A stretch of DNA of 64,000 nt, taken from NCBI GenBank assembly GCA_963843145.1, contig CAWJJC010000012.1, positions 32,001-96,000 on the forward strand, written 5' to 3'. How positions within the stretch are numbered: the first letter of the stretch is position 1; every line of letters starts with the position of its first letter. The notes under the pieces are model-generated. The model was not told where the DNA came from, ran no database searches, and worked only from the letters and a program-made list of their open reading frames with translations. This DNA is from an uncultured delta proteobacterium. Lineage in GTDB: Bacteria > Desulfobacterota > RBG-13-43-22. The position numbers and the translations under genes were made by a program. Positions 56,879 through 64,000 of the stretch are shown here, in pieces.

Positions 56879-58069
56879 ATGGATCCATTAAGTCAGATAA
56901 CCATCCTTTCATTAGAACAAGCCACGGTGCTGCCCTATTTGACCTTCCGGTTGGTCCAGGACGGGGTCCAGGTGATCCGCCTGGAGCATCCGGTCTTTGG
57001 AGACCCCAATCGCATGGTGGGGGATAACGTCCTCCAGGAAGAGCGGATGTTCAGCTATTTTATGGCCATTAATGCCGGGAAAAAGGCCCTGACCTTAAAC
57101 CTGGGCGTTCCGGAGGGCCAGCAGATTCTAAAAGACCTGATTGTGAAACTAAAGGTCGATATTTTTGCCACCAACCAGCTTCCCCGAAACTACGCCAAGC
57201 TAGGCATCGATTACGAAATACTCAAGGCCGTTAAGCCGGATTTGATCTGGCTGGGAATCACCGGGTTCGGCCCGGACAGCAACGAGGCGGCCTATGATCC
57301 GATACTACAGGCCCGGGGCGGCCTGATGGAGCTGACCGGGGAAGCGGACGGGGAACCCCAGGTCCTGGGCATTCCGCTTCCGGATATGGGGGCCAGCGAA
57401 CACGCCTACGGCCTGCTGATGAAGGCCCTGTTTCGTCGACAGGCCACCGGACAGGGCAGCCGGATCGACCTGTCCATGTTCGAAAGCACCGTCTCCTGGC
57501 TGACCGTGCCCATCACCCTGAGCCGGTCTTTCGGCAAGAAGATCACCCGGCGGGGAAACACCCATGAGTTCTTTGCCCCGGTTTCCGTCTACCCCACGGC
57601 CGACGGCTACGTTTATGTGGCCGGAGGCAACGACAAGCAGTGGAATGCCCTGACGCAGTTACCCGGTTTCGAAACACTGGCCCAGGAGGGCTACCGGAAA
57701 AACGCCGGCCGGATCGCCGAAGTAAAGAAGCTGAATCAGGAGATCAGCGCCATTACCCGAAAATTCGAGAGCACCAAATTAATCGATCTTTTTAATCAAA
57801 TCGGGGTGCCGATTTCCGAGATTCATGGTATAGACCAGGTGGTTCAGGACCCCCTGGTCGCTCGTAATTTGTTGCGAACCAAAGATCCGAAGACCGGAAT
57901 GGAAATCACCCTGGCCCCGCCGCCCCACATGACCGAGTACCTGAAATCCAGCGGCGGTCAGCTTTCCTTTCCACCCCGTTTCGGGGAACATAATGGAGCG
58001 ATTTACGGGCAGGTATTAGGCCTCGTCCCGGACCAAATAAATGAAATGAAAGAAAAGGGGATCATTTAA
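56879..58069 (+). CDS. Family III CoA-transferase (CaiB/BaiF)
   Basis: GDPNR, NAGKKALTLNL, ITGFG, AYDPILQA, PPRFGEHN. Confidence 0.9.
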   Translation: MDPLSQITILSLEQATVLPYLTFRLVQDGVQVIRLEHPVFGDPNRMVGDNVLQEERMFSYFMAINAGKKALTLNLGVPEGQQILKDLIVKLKVDIFATNQLPRNYAKLGIDYEILKAVKPDLIWLGITGFGPDSNEAAYDPILQARGGLMELTGEADGEPQVLGIPLPDMGASEHAYGLLMKALFRRQATGQGSRIDLSMFESTVSWLTVPITLSRSFGKKITRRGNTHEFFAPVSVYPTADGYVYVAGGNDKQWNALTQLPGFETLAQEGYRKNAGRIAEVKKLNQEISAITRKFESTKLIDLFNQIGVPISEIHGIDQVVQDPLVARNLLRTKDPKTGMEITLAPPPHMTEYLKSSGGQLSFPPRFGEHNGAIYGQVLGLVPDQINEMKEKGII

Positions 58070-58072
58070 TCC

Positions 58073-58483
58073 ATGACCACTGAGAAGAAAATCAATCGAA
58101 AAATAAGGATCTTGATCGCCAAGCCGGGATTGGACGGCCATGACCGGGGCGCCAAGGTAATGGCCCATGCCCTGCGGGATGCCGGGATGGAGGTAATTTA
58201 CACCGGTTTGCACCAGACCGTGGAAAGCATCGTCCAGGCGGCCCTCCAGGAGGCGGTAGATGTGGTCGGCCTATCCATCATGTCCGGGGCCCATTTGCCC
58301 ATCAGCAAAAAACTGATGGCCTTGATGGCCGAGAAGGGTCTCCAGGACCGCTTGGTTCTGGTAGGCGGGGTGATCCCCAAGCGGGACATTCCGGCTTTGA
58401 AGGATCTGGGGGTGGCCGGCGTGTTTCCCGGAGGGACGCCATTCAAGGTGCCGATCGAGTTTATTCGAAGCAGTTTAAATTAA
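58073..58483 (+). CDS. Acyl-CoA mutase small (B12-binding) subunit
   Basis: KPGLDGHDRGAK (DxHxxG) motif. Confidence 0.93.
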   Translation: MTTEKKINRKIRILIAKPGLDGHDRGAKVMAHALRDAGMEVIYTGLHQTVESIVQAALQEAVDVVGLSIMSGAHLPISKKLMALMAEKGLQDRLVLVGGVIPKRDIPALKDLGVAGVFPGGTPFKVPIEFIRSSLN

Positions 58484-58588
58484 AACGAAAATAGGGGAGG
58501 ATTTGGTTCCCCTCCAATCGAGCGGCTAAAATCACCTTGCCCCGATCTTTATTTTATATCCCAAGGGCATCCATAACGCTGGTTCCGC

Positions 58589-59962
58589 ATGTCCGAGCCT
58601 CATAAGATCCGCCTGCTGGTCGTTGACGACGAAAAAAACCAACGGGAGTTGCTGCAGGGTTTCCTGCAAAAAAAAGGCTACCCTGTCCAAGCGGCGGAAG
58701 GCGGGGAGGCCGCGCTCGAATGGCTGAAAGAAAGCGGCTGTGAAGTGGTGTTCACCGACCACAAGATGCCCGGCATGGATGGAACTACTCTGCTCCGGGA
58801 AATCAAAAAACGGCATCCTGAAACGGTGGTGGTCCTGATGACGGCCTACGGCACGGTGGAGAAGGCCGTCGAGGCCATGAAAATGGGCGCCTACGACTAC
58901 CTGACCAAGCCCATTGATCTGGACGAACTGTTGATCTTATTAGGGCGGATCGAGAGCAGCCTGCTGCTGACCTGGGAGGTGAAGCAGCTTCGTCAGGAAC
59001 TGAAAACAAAATTCAGCTTTGAAGGATTGATTACCCAGAGCGCCAGGATGGAGGATGTCCTCTCCCTGGTGGCCCGGGTAGCCCCCAGCCAGTCTACGGT
59101 GATGATCCGGGGGGAGAGCGGGACGGGCAAAGGGCTGCTGGCCCGGATCATCCATTACCATAGCCCCCGGTCTTCCGGTCCGCTGGTGACCCTCAATTGC
59201 GCGGCTATCCCGGAGAACCTCCTGGAAAGCGAGCTTTTCGGCCATGAAAAAGGGGCGTTTACCGGCGCGATTTCCCAGCACCAGGGAAAATTTGAACAGG
59301 CCCACGGGGGGACCCTATTTTTGGACGAGATCGGCGATCTTTCCCCGGTGCTCCAGTCCAAGCTGCTGCGGGCCGTTCAGGAGAGGTCTTTTGAGCGGGT
59401 GGGGGGCAGCAAAACCATCGAGGTGGACGTCCGGCTGATCTCGGCCACCCACCAGGATCTGGAACAACTCATCCGGGAAAATCGCTTCCGGGAAGACCTT
59501 TACTACCGCTTGAACGTGGTCTCCCTCTTCCTCCCGCCTTTGCGGGAACGGAAAGAGGACATCCCCATCCTGCTGGATCATTTTCTGAAAAAATTCGGCC
59601 GGGCCAATAGAAAAGAGAATATCGAAGTATCCAAGGAGGCCCGCGACCTGCTCCTGCGCCACGATTACCCGGGAAATATCCGGGAACTGGAAAACCTGGT
59701 TGAAAGGGCCGTGGTCCTGGCTCGGGACAATCTGATTACTTCCCGGGAGATCCCTTTCCATTTAAAGGAGGGCCGGGATGAGTCGGAGTCACCACCCCCA
59801 TCGTCCTCCGATCTCCCCCTGATGGAACAGTTGGACGCCCTGGAAAAGTATCTGATCCGACAGGCCTTGAATGAAACCGACGGGGTCCAGACCCGGGCGG
59901 CGGAAAAGCTGGGTATCAGCGAACGGGTGCTGCGTTATAAACTTAAGAAGTACGGCATTTGA
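58589..59962 (+). CDS. Sigma54-dependent response regulator (NtrC/AtoC/ZraR-like)
   Basis: REC domain, GESGTGK, GAFTGA, LFLDEIG, FREDLYYRL, C-terminal HTH. Confidence 0.95.
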   Translation: MSEPHKIRLLVVDDEKNQRELLQGFLQKKGYPVQAAEGGEAALEWLKESGCEVVFTDHKMPGMDGTTLLREIKKRHPETVVVLMTAYGTVEKAVEAMKMGAYDYLTKPIDLDELLILLGRIESSLLLTWEVKQLRQELKTKFSFEGLITQSARMEDVLSLVARVAPSQSTVMIRGESGTGKGLLARIIHYHSPRSSGPLVTLNCAAIPENLLESELFGHEKGAFTGAISQHQGKFEQAHGGTLFLDEIGDLSPVLQSKLLRAVQERSFERVGGSKTIEVDVRLISATHQDLEQLIRENRFREDLYYRLNVVSLFLPPLRERKEDIPILLDHFLKKFGRANRKENIEVSKEARDLLLRHDYPGNIRELENLVERAVVLARDNLITSREIPFHLKEGRDESESPPPSSSDLPLMEQLDALEKYLIRQALNETDGVQTRAAEKLGISERVLRYKLKKYGI

Positions 59963-59965
59963 AAT

Positions 59966-60004
59966 GAACGTCGAACATTGAACATCGAACGTCCAACATC
60001 GAAT
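59966..60004 (+). repeat. 7-mer tandem repeat (GAACRTY-like)
   Basis: GAACGTC-GAACATT-GAACATC-GAACGTC-CAACATC-GAAT. Confidence 0.75.
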
Positions 60005-60019
60005 GAAAAACAAAACCCC

Positions 60020-60691
60020 ATGGAGAAATACCTGCGATCAACTGAAATCATCGACTGGACCCAGACGGACGTTTCCCGGCTGGCCGGTTCGCTGGCTGCT
60101 CAAACCAGCGATGAAACAGAAATCGCCAAGCGGTGTTTCGAATGGGTGCGGGATAAAGTTAAACACAGCTATGACTACCAATGTTCTCCGGTAACCTGTT
60201 CCGCCTCCGAGGTCCTTGCGGCCGGAACGGGCTATTGTTTTGCGAAAAGCCATCTCCTGGCTGCCATCTTAAGGGCCAACAGTATTCCCGCCGGTTTCTG
60301 TTATCAACGCTTGAGCCGTGACGACCAGGGTCCGCCCTTCGTGCTGCACGGCCTCGTTGCCGCTCGTCTTCCCCGGTATGGCTGGTATCGGATGGACCCC
60401 CGCGGCAATCGGAAAGACATCGATTCTCAATTTACACCACCGATCGAGCGTTTGGCCTTCCGTCTGGGCCTTCCTGGAGAGGCCGACTTGCCTGAAATCT
60501 GGACGGACCCCCTGCCGGTAGTGGTTGAGGCCCTTCGGTCCTACCCAACCTGGGATGTCCTCTGGGAAAACCTGCCCGACATAGAATTGCTGCCGGGACT
60601 CGAACCATCCATTGCTTCGGTGGGAAAAGAGCCAGCAGAGCCTAACGGTGACCTGCAGCGGGTCCTGGTAAAAAGGGTTCACTCCCGTTGA
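60020..60691 (+). CDS. Transglutaminase-like protein
   Basis: GYCFAKSHL, LHG, MDPRG catalytic triad; the tail runs through an attC-like site. Confidence 0.88.
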   Translation: MEKYLRSTEIIDWTQTDVSRLAGSLAAQTSDETEIAKRCFEWVRDKVKHSYDYQCSPVTCSASEVLAAGTGYCFAKSHLLAAILRANSIPAGFCYQRLSRDDQGPPFVLHGLVAARLPRYGWYRMDPRGNRKDIDSQFTPPIERLAFRLGLPGEADLPEIWTDPLPVVVEALRSYPTWDVLWENLPDIELLPGLEPSIASVGKEPAEPNGDLQRVLVKRVHSR

Positions 60692-60705
60692 GCCGTATGT
60701 CGATG
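60640..60705 (+). mobile_element. Degenerate attC-like site 1
   Basis: GCCTAAC...CTGCAGCGGG...CCCGTTGAG...GTCGATG. Confidence 0.45.
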
Positions 60706-61509
60706 AAGATGAGATACCCTTTGGCCATTGCCGTGATCATAATAGGGGCAACCCTCGCCTATGGCCAAACTTTTCCCATTCCTGAAAGCCTGGTCAACAG
60801 CGCTTTTGCCGGTCGCCGGGGAGCCTTCGTCCTCATTGACTGCTCATCCGGAGCAAGCAGCGATTTCCGCCCGGAGGCCTCATCGGAGAAACTGGCCCCT
60901 TGCTCGACCTTTAAGATCTGGAACACCCTGATAGGCCTGGAGAGCGGAATACTATCCACGGCGGAAGAAGCCTTTTACCAATGGGACGGAGTAACCCGTC
61001 CTATCCCTGAATGGAATCGGAACCTCACCCTGAAGGAAGCTTTCCGGGCCTCCTGCGTGCCGGCGTTTCAGAATTTGGCCCGGCAGATTGGACCCCGCCG
61101 AATGCAATTGTGGATCAACAAGATCGGCTATGGGGACAGAGATCTATCCGCCGGAATCGATGTCTTCTGGCTCCCCGCTGCGGGAAGAAAGACGATTCTG
61201 ATTTCGCCAAAAGAGCAGGCGCAACTGATCGGCAAGCTGGTCTCGGGCAAACTTCCCTTTTCCGCGAAATCCCTGGCAGTGCTCAAGGATATTATGCTTA
61301 TTAAGCGGACAGGCCACGGCATTCTTTACGGAAAGACCGGGTCGGGCGCTGACGATAATGGAACATACGCCTTGGGATGGTTTGTTGGCTATGTGGAAAG
61401 CCAGGACCGGACCTATGCCTTCGCCTGCGCGGCCAAGGGAAACAACGTCATGGGCAAGGACGCTCGCGACATCGTTGAGAGAGTTCTGGAAGGGCAAGGG
61501 CTCTTGTAG
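60703..61509 (+). CDS. blaOXA: Class D (OXA-like) serine beta-lactamase
   Basis: Signal peptide, PCSTFK (SxxK), SCV (SxV), YGD, FWL, KTG, GWFVG. Confidence 0.88.
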   Translation: MKMRYPLAIAVIIIGATLAYGQTFPIPESLVNSAFAGRRGAFVLIDCSSGASSDFRPEASSEKLAPCSTFKIWNTLIGLESGILSTAEEAFYQWDGVTRPIPEWNRNLTLKEAFRASCVPAFQNLARQIGPRRMQLWINKIGYGDRDLSAGIDVFWLPAAGRKTILISPKEQAQLIGKLVSGKLPFSAKSLAVLKDIMLIKRTGHGILYGKTGSGADDNGTYALGWFVGYVESQDRTYAFACAAKGNNVMGKDARDIVERVLEGQGLL

Positions 61510-61602
61510 ATAGACCTTATTCAAAATTGATATTGACGGCATCGTAACTTCCTGATATTGAAAGGAAACTATTCAATATAGGATTAGCGTCGCCTACGGC
61601 AG

Positions 61603-61694
61603 CGCCAACCAGGCCATCGGACAACGATGTCCCTGGGCCTCTTGGACCTTCGGCCCCCTCAAGCTGCGGGCCAGGGGTCAACGCCGCATTAGCA
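61603..61694 (+). mobile_element. attC-like site 2 (92 bp)
   Basis: CGCCAAC...GGTCAACGCCGC-ATTAGCA; about 86% identical to 63182-63273; directly precedes an ORF. Confidence 0.6.
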
Positions 61695-61704
61695 AAGGTA
61701 GAAA

Positions 61705-62187
61705 ATGAGTAGGTATCCGATACGATTGACACAGTTAGTTCACGAAAACCTCTCTGTCATTATGAGTTTCGTTTACTCGCGCGCTCCGCTGACTGATCTT
61801 ATGCAGAAGAATTTCATAGGGGAATGGAAATACTTGGGAAAAGCATTATTCGAAGTAGGCGAGGAGAAAGCTAATCGAGCCATTACTGAGCTTGCATTAT
61901 TATTGAGAATTCTTGACGATGAGGAGAAGATAACAGACTACCATAAGCAAATAGGCGTGAATTGGAAATGTGGCAGTTTAGTACTGGAGAATGACGAAAG
62001 AATTGATTTGTCGTTCCGCGAGTTCTCGAACAAAATCATACATGCAAAGACGTTCGCTTGGGAGTACTCGGTGGGCGAGCCTCCCTTATTGAAATGTTAT
62101 GCCAGGGAAGATGATAAAAGAAAATGGAAGATGGCCGAGGTGGGCTTGGTTAGCCTCGCAGGTTTTTGTGGACAGTTTATGAGCTAA
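61705..62187 (+). CDS. Hypothetical cassette protein (possible HEPN-like)
   Basis: AT-rich 160-aa ORF between attC-like sites; REFSNKIIH motif. Confidence 0.7.
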   Translation: MSRYPIRLTQLVHENLSVIMSFVYSRAPLTDLMQKNFIGEWKYLGKALFEVGEEKANRAITELALLLRILDDEEKITDYHKQIGVNWKCGSLVLENDERIDLSFREFSNKIIHAKTFAWEYSVGEPPLLKCYAREDDKRKWKMAEVGLVSLAGFCGQFMS

Positions 62188-62202
62188 CATACTGGTATGA
62201 CT

Positions 62203-62270
62203 TGTGATCAAGGCGTTCCACCGGATCGGCATGAAAAGGCGCTTGCCTCCCGCTGAACTCCGCATTATAC
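62203..62270 (+). mobile_element. Degenerate attC-like site 3
   Basis: GATCAAGGCGTTCCACCGG...CCGCTGAACTCCGC-ATTATAC; L-box-like pairing GTTC(C)ACCGG/CCGCTGAAC with a bulged base. Confidence 0.6.
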
Positions 62271-62285
62271 GTTTAAAACGGCCGT

Positions 62286-63047
62286 ATGGAGAAAACCGTT
62301 CATAAATATATTACTGAACTTGCCACAGAGTCAAAATGCCGGTTAACGAGACATTTTGCAGGTGAGGTTGAGGAGTTTGCATTTCTACTCGGTAAAACTA
62401 TCACCATATTGCAGAACTACAACAAATCTAACGTCTTAACTCCTGACAAAACTCCAAAGTCAGAAGCATATAATATCATGCTAAAAGGTACCAATGCTCT
62501 GATGGCTGGTTTTGAATTGGTCACCGGTGGGTATTTGTGGGAACCCCCGATTCTTTTTCGAAACGCTTTAGAAGGGTTTGCGTCTGCTTGGGATATAGTT
62601 CACAATCCGAAAAGATTTGAACTCTGGGTGAAAGAGAAAAAATTTAATTCTACGGACAGTATTTCGAACCTCAAAAAATCCATTGAACCTGTAGGGCAAA
62701 TGTATGGATTTCTATCCAACATGTACACTCATTTGAGCCCTATAAATGCGACTCCTCCATTAATTGAATCGGACGGTGTTCCGAAACCACAATTCTTTGG
62801 CCAAATACCAGTTGGTAAGGAAAATATTCGAGTCGGAGAAGTTTATTTTGCATTAATGGTAGCATATATTTGTCTCCAGTTGACAGAATTGACCTTTCAT
62901 CAGTATTCCCCGGAATTGGAAACGATAGAGAAAATACCTGGCGAGGATTTTGTTAAAGTGAAGGTCAGCGACAGACATCGGAAGTTTGTAAATGCAGCCA
63001 TGAAACATTTCCAATCGATGGTAGATGATCCTGAAAGTTTTATTTAA
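62286..63047 (+). CDS. Hypothetical cassette protein (DUF5677/HEPN-like pattern)
   Basis: AT-rich 253-aa ORF; FRNALEG...MYGFLSNMYTH. Confidence 0.7.
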   Translation: MEKTVHKYITELATESKCRLTRHFAGEVEEFAFLLGKTITILQNYNKSNVLTPDKTPKSEAYNIMLKGTNALMAGFELVTGGYLWEPPILFRNALEGFASAWDIVHNPKRFELWVKEKKFNSTDSISNLKKSIEPVGQMYGFLSNMYTHLSPINATPPLIESDGVPKPQFFGQIPVGKENIRVGEVYFALMVAYICLQLTELTFHQYSPELETIEKIPGEDFVKVKVSDRHRKFVNAAMKHFQSMVDDPESFI

Positions 63048-63181
63048 CTGAGACACAAAATACGTATAACCTTGCTGCTGCAAGGGATGCGCAAAAACAG
63101 CGCGCCCCTGAGCAGCCCGTTGGCGCCGCCTGCGGCGTCGCCCCCTCGGCTCCATGTCCCGGTCGGCTCCGCCGCTGGCTG

Positions 63182-63273
63182 CGCCAACCAGGCCATTGGA
63201 TGCCGATGTCCCTGGCTCGCTTGGGCCTTCTGCCCCCTCAAGCTGCGGGCCACGGGTCAACGCCGTATTGGGA
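63182..63273 (+). mobile_element. attC-like site 4 (92 bp)
   Basis: CGCCAAC...GGTCAACGCCGT-ATTGGGA, preceded by a GC-rich palindromic leader. Confidence 0.6.
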
Positions 63274-63483
63274 GGCAGCGAGTCTCGGCGTGGCCATCGT
63301 GCGCAGAACGCTCGTTCGACCACAACCAGAGGGATTAACGAGTGTCGAATGACGATCTCACCAAGATAATTTACAGCAGGACGCCGGAATCCGCGGCCAT
63401 GTTGGCAAACGTCAAACGAGTAATACGGGACGTTGTTTCTAAATTGCATTGACAGGGCCAGTGAAATGCAATAAAGTTTCAAC

Positions 63484-64000
63484 ATGCCTAGACAAGCACG
63501 ATTAGACGCTCCGGGGGTTCTGCACCATGTCATGGCCCGAGGGATAGAAAGAACCAAAATCTTTCGAAACCCGGAAGACCGGGAGGATTTCCTATCGCGT
63601 CTGGAGGAAAGGGCTCGCGCTGGGGCGTGGGTGGTCTATGCCTGGGCGCTCATGCCCAATCATATGCATTTATTGGTTCGTACCGGTCTCCAACCTCTCT
63701 CCACGAATATGAGAAAAGTGATGACCGGATATGTGGTAAATTTCAACCGGCGTCATAAACGGTTTGGTCACCTTTTCCAGAATCGCTATAAATCCATTGT
63801 CTGCGAGGAAGAGTCCTACCTCCTGGAGTTAACGCGCTATATTCACCTCAATCCCCTGCGTGGAGGAATGGTGGCTGATTTGCCTAAATTAAAGGAATAC
63901 CCTTGGACCGGGCATTCGGCTTTAATGGGGAAATTAGGGCGGGACTGGCAGGACACCGAATCGATTCTTGCTTTTTTCAGCCCAAAATTGCAAAAGGCGC
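63484..64000 (+). CDS. REP-associated tyrosine transposase (RAYT/Y1 HUH), runs off window end
   Basis: Read manually: MPRQARLDAPGVLHHVMARGIER...YAWALMPNHMHLL...FNRRHKRFGHLFQNRYKSI...RYIHLNP. Confidence 0.92.
   Translation, partial: MPRQARLDAPGVLHHVMARGIERTKIFRNPEDREDFLSRLEERARAGAWVVYAWALMPNHMHLLVRTGLQPLSTNMRKVMTGYVVNFNRRHKRFGHLFQNRYKSIVCEEESYLLELTRYIHLNPLRGGMVADLPKLKEYPWTGHSALMGKLGRDWQDTESILAFFSPKLQKA

Noticed and set aside
56045-60004. Heptad repeats as CRISPR arrays
   Set aside because: No constant repeat with unique spacers and no cas genes.
61517-63557. ORFs 61517-61732, 62853-63557, 63044-63253, 63072-63338 and 63154-63369
   Set aside because: They are translations of the GC-rich attC-like palindromes; their shared peptides reflect the DNA repeat.
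1-64000. tRNA, rRNA, integron integrase or prophage genes
   Set aside because: None recognised by eye; a covariance-model scan would be needed to exclude small RNAs.

Overview
64-kb bacterial window, moderately GC-rich. Gene content suggests an anaerobic Desulfobacterota/deltaproteobacterium (inference). In order: (1) a type II secretion operon on the minus strand (gspE-F-H-I-J-K-L-like) with no gspG between F and H; (2) metabolic and signalling genes, a sigma54 promoter, an ISAzo13 remnant and a phosphoesterase-Ser/Thr kinase-Cys-rich operon; (3) a ~13-kb defence island with type I R-M (internal ATPase plus a deleted partner gene), an MNT-HEPN remnant, an ATPase-TOPRIM gene and an AEP-primase/helicase; (4) the mercury-methylation genes hgcA-hgcB, where hgcA has an unannotated N-terminal Cys-UGA (probable selenocysteine) extension with its own promoter, RBS and SECIS-like hairpin, followed directly by a membrane-anchored reductive-dehalogenase-like gene; (5) a toxin-antitoxin pair, DctP, a Mo-oxidoreductase, an MtaA/UroD protein, a photolyase cluster and housekeeping genes; (6) an array of integron-like cassettes with degenerate attC sites and no integrase in view, including a class D beta-lactamase, followed by a RAYT-type transposase. 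About eight otherwise intact genes carry a single +1 frameshift, probably sequencing error. All family assignments come from motif recognition by eye; no database searches were run.
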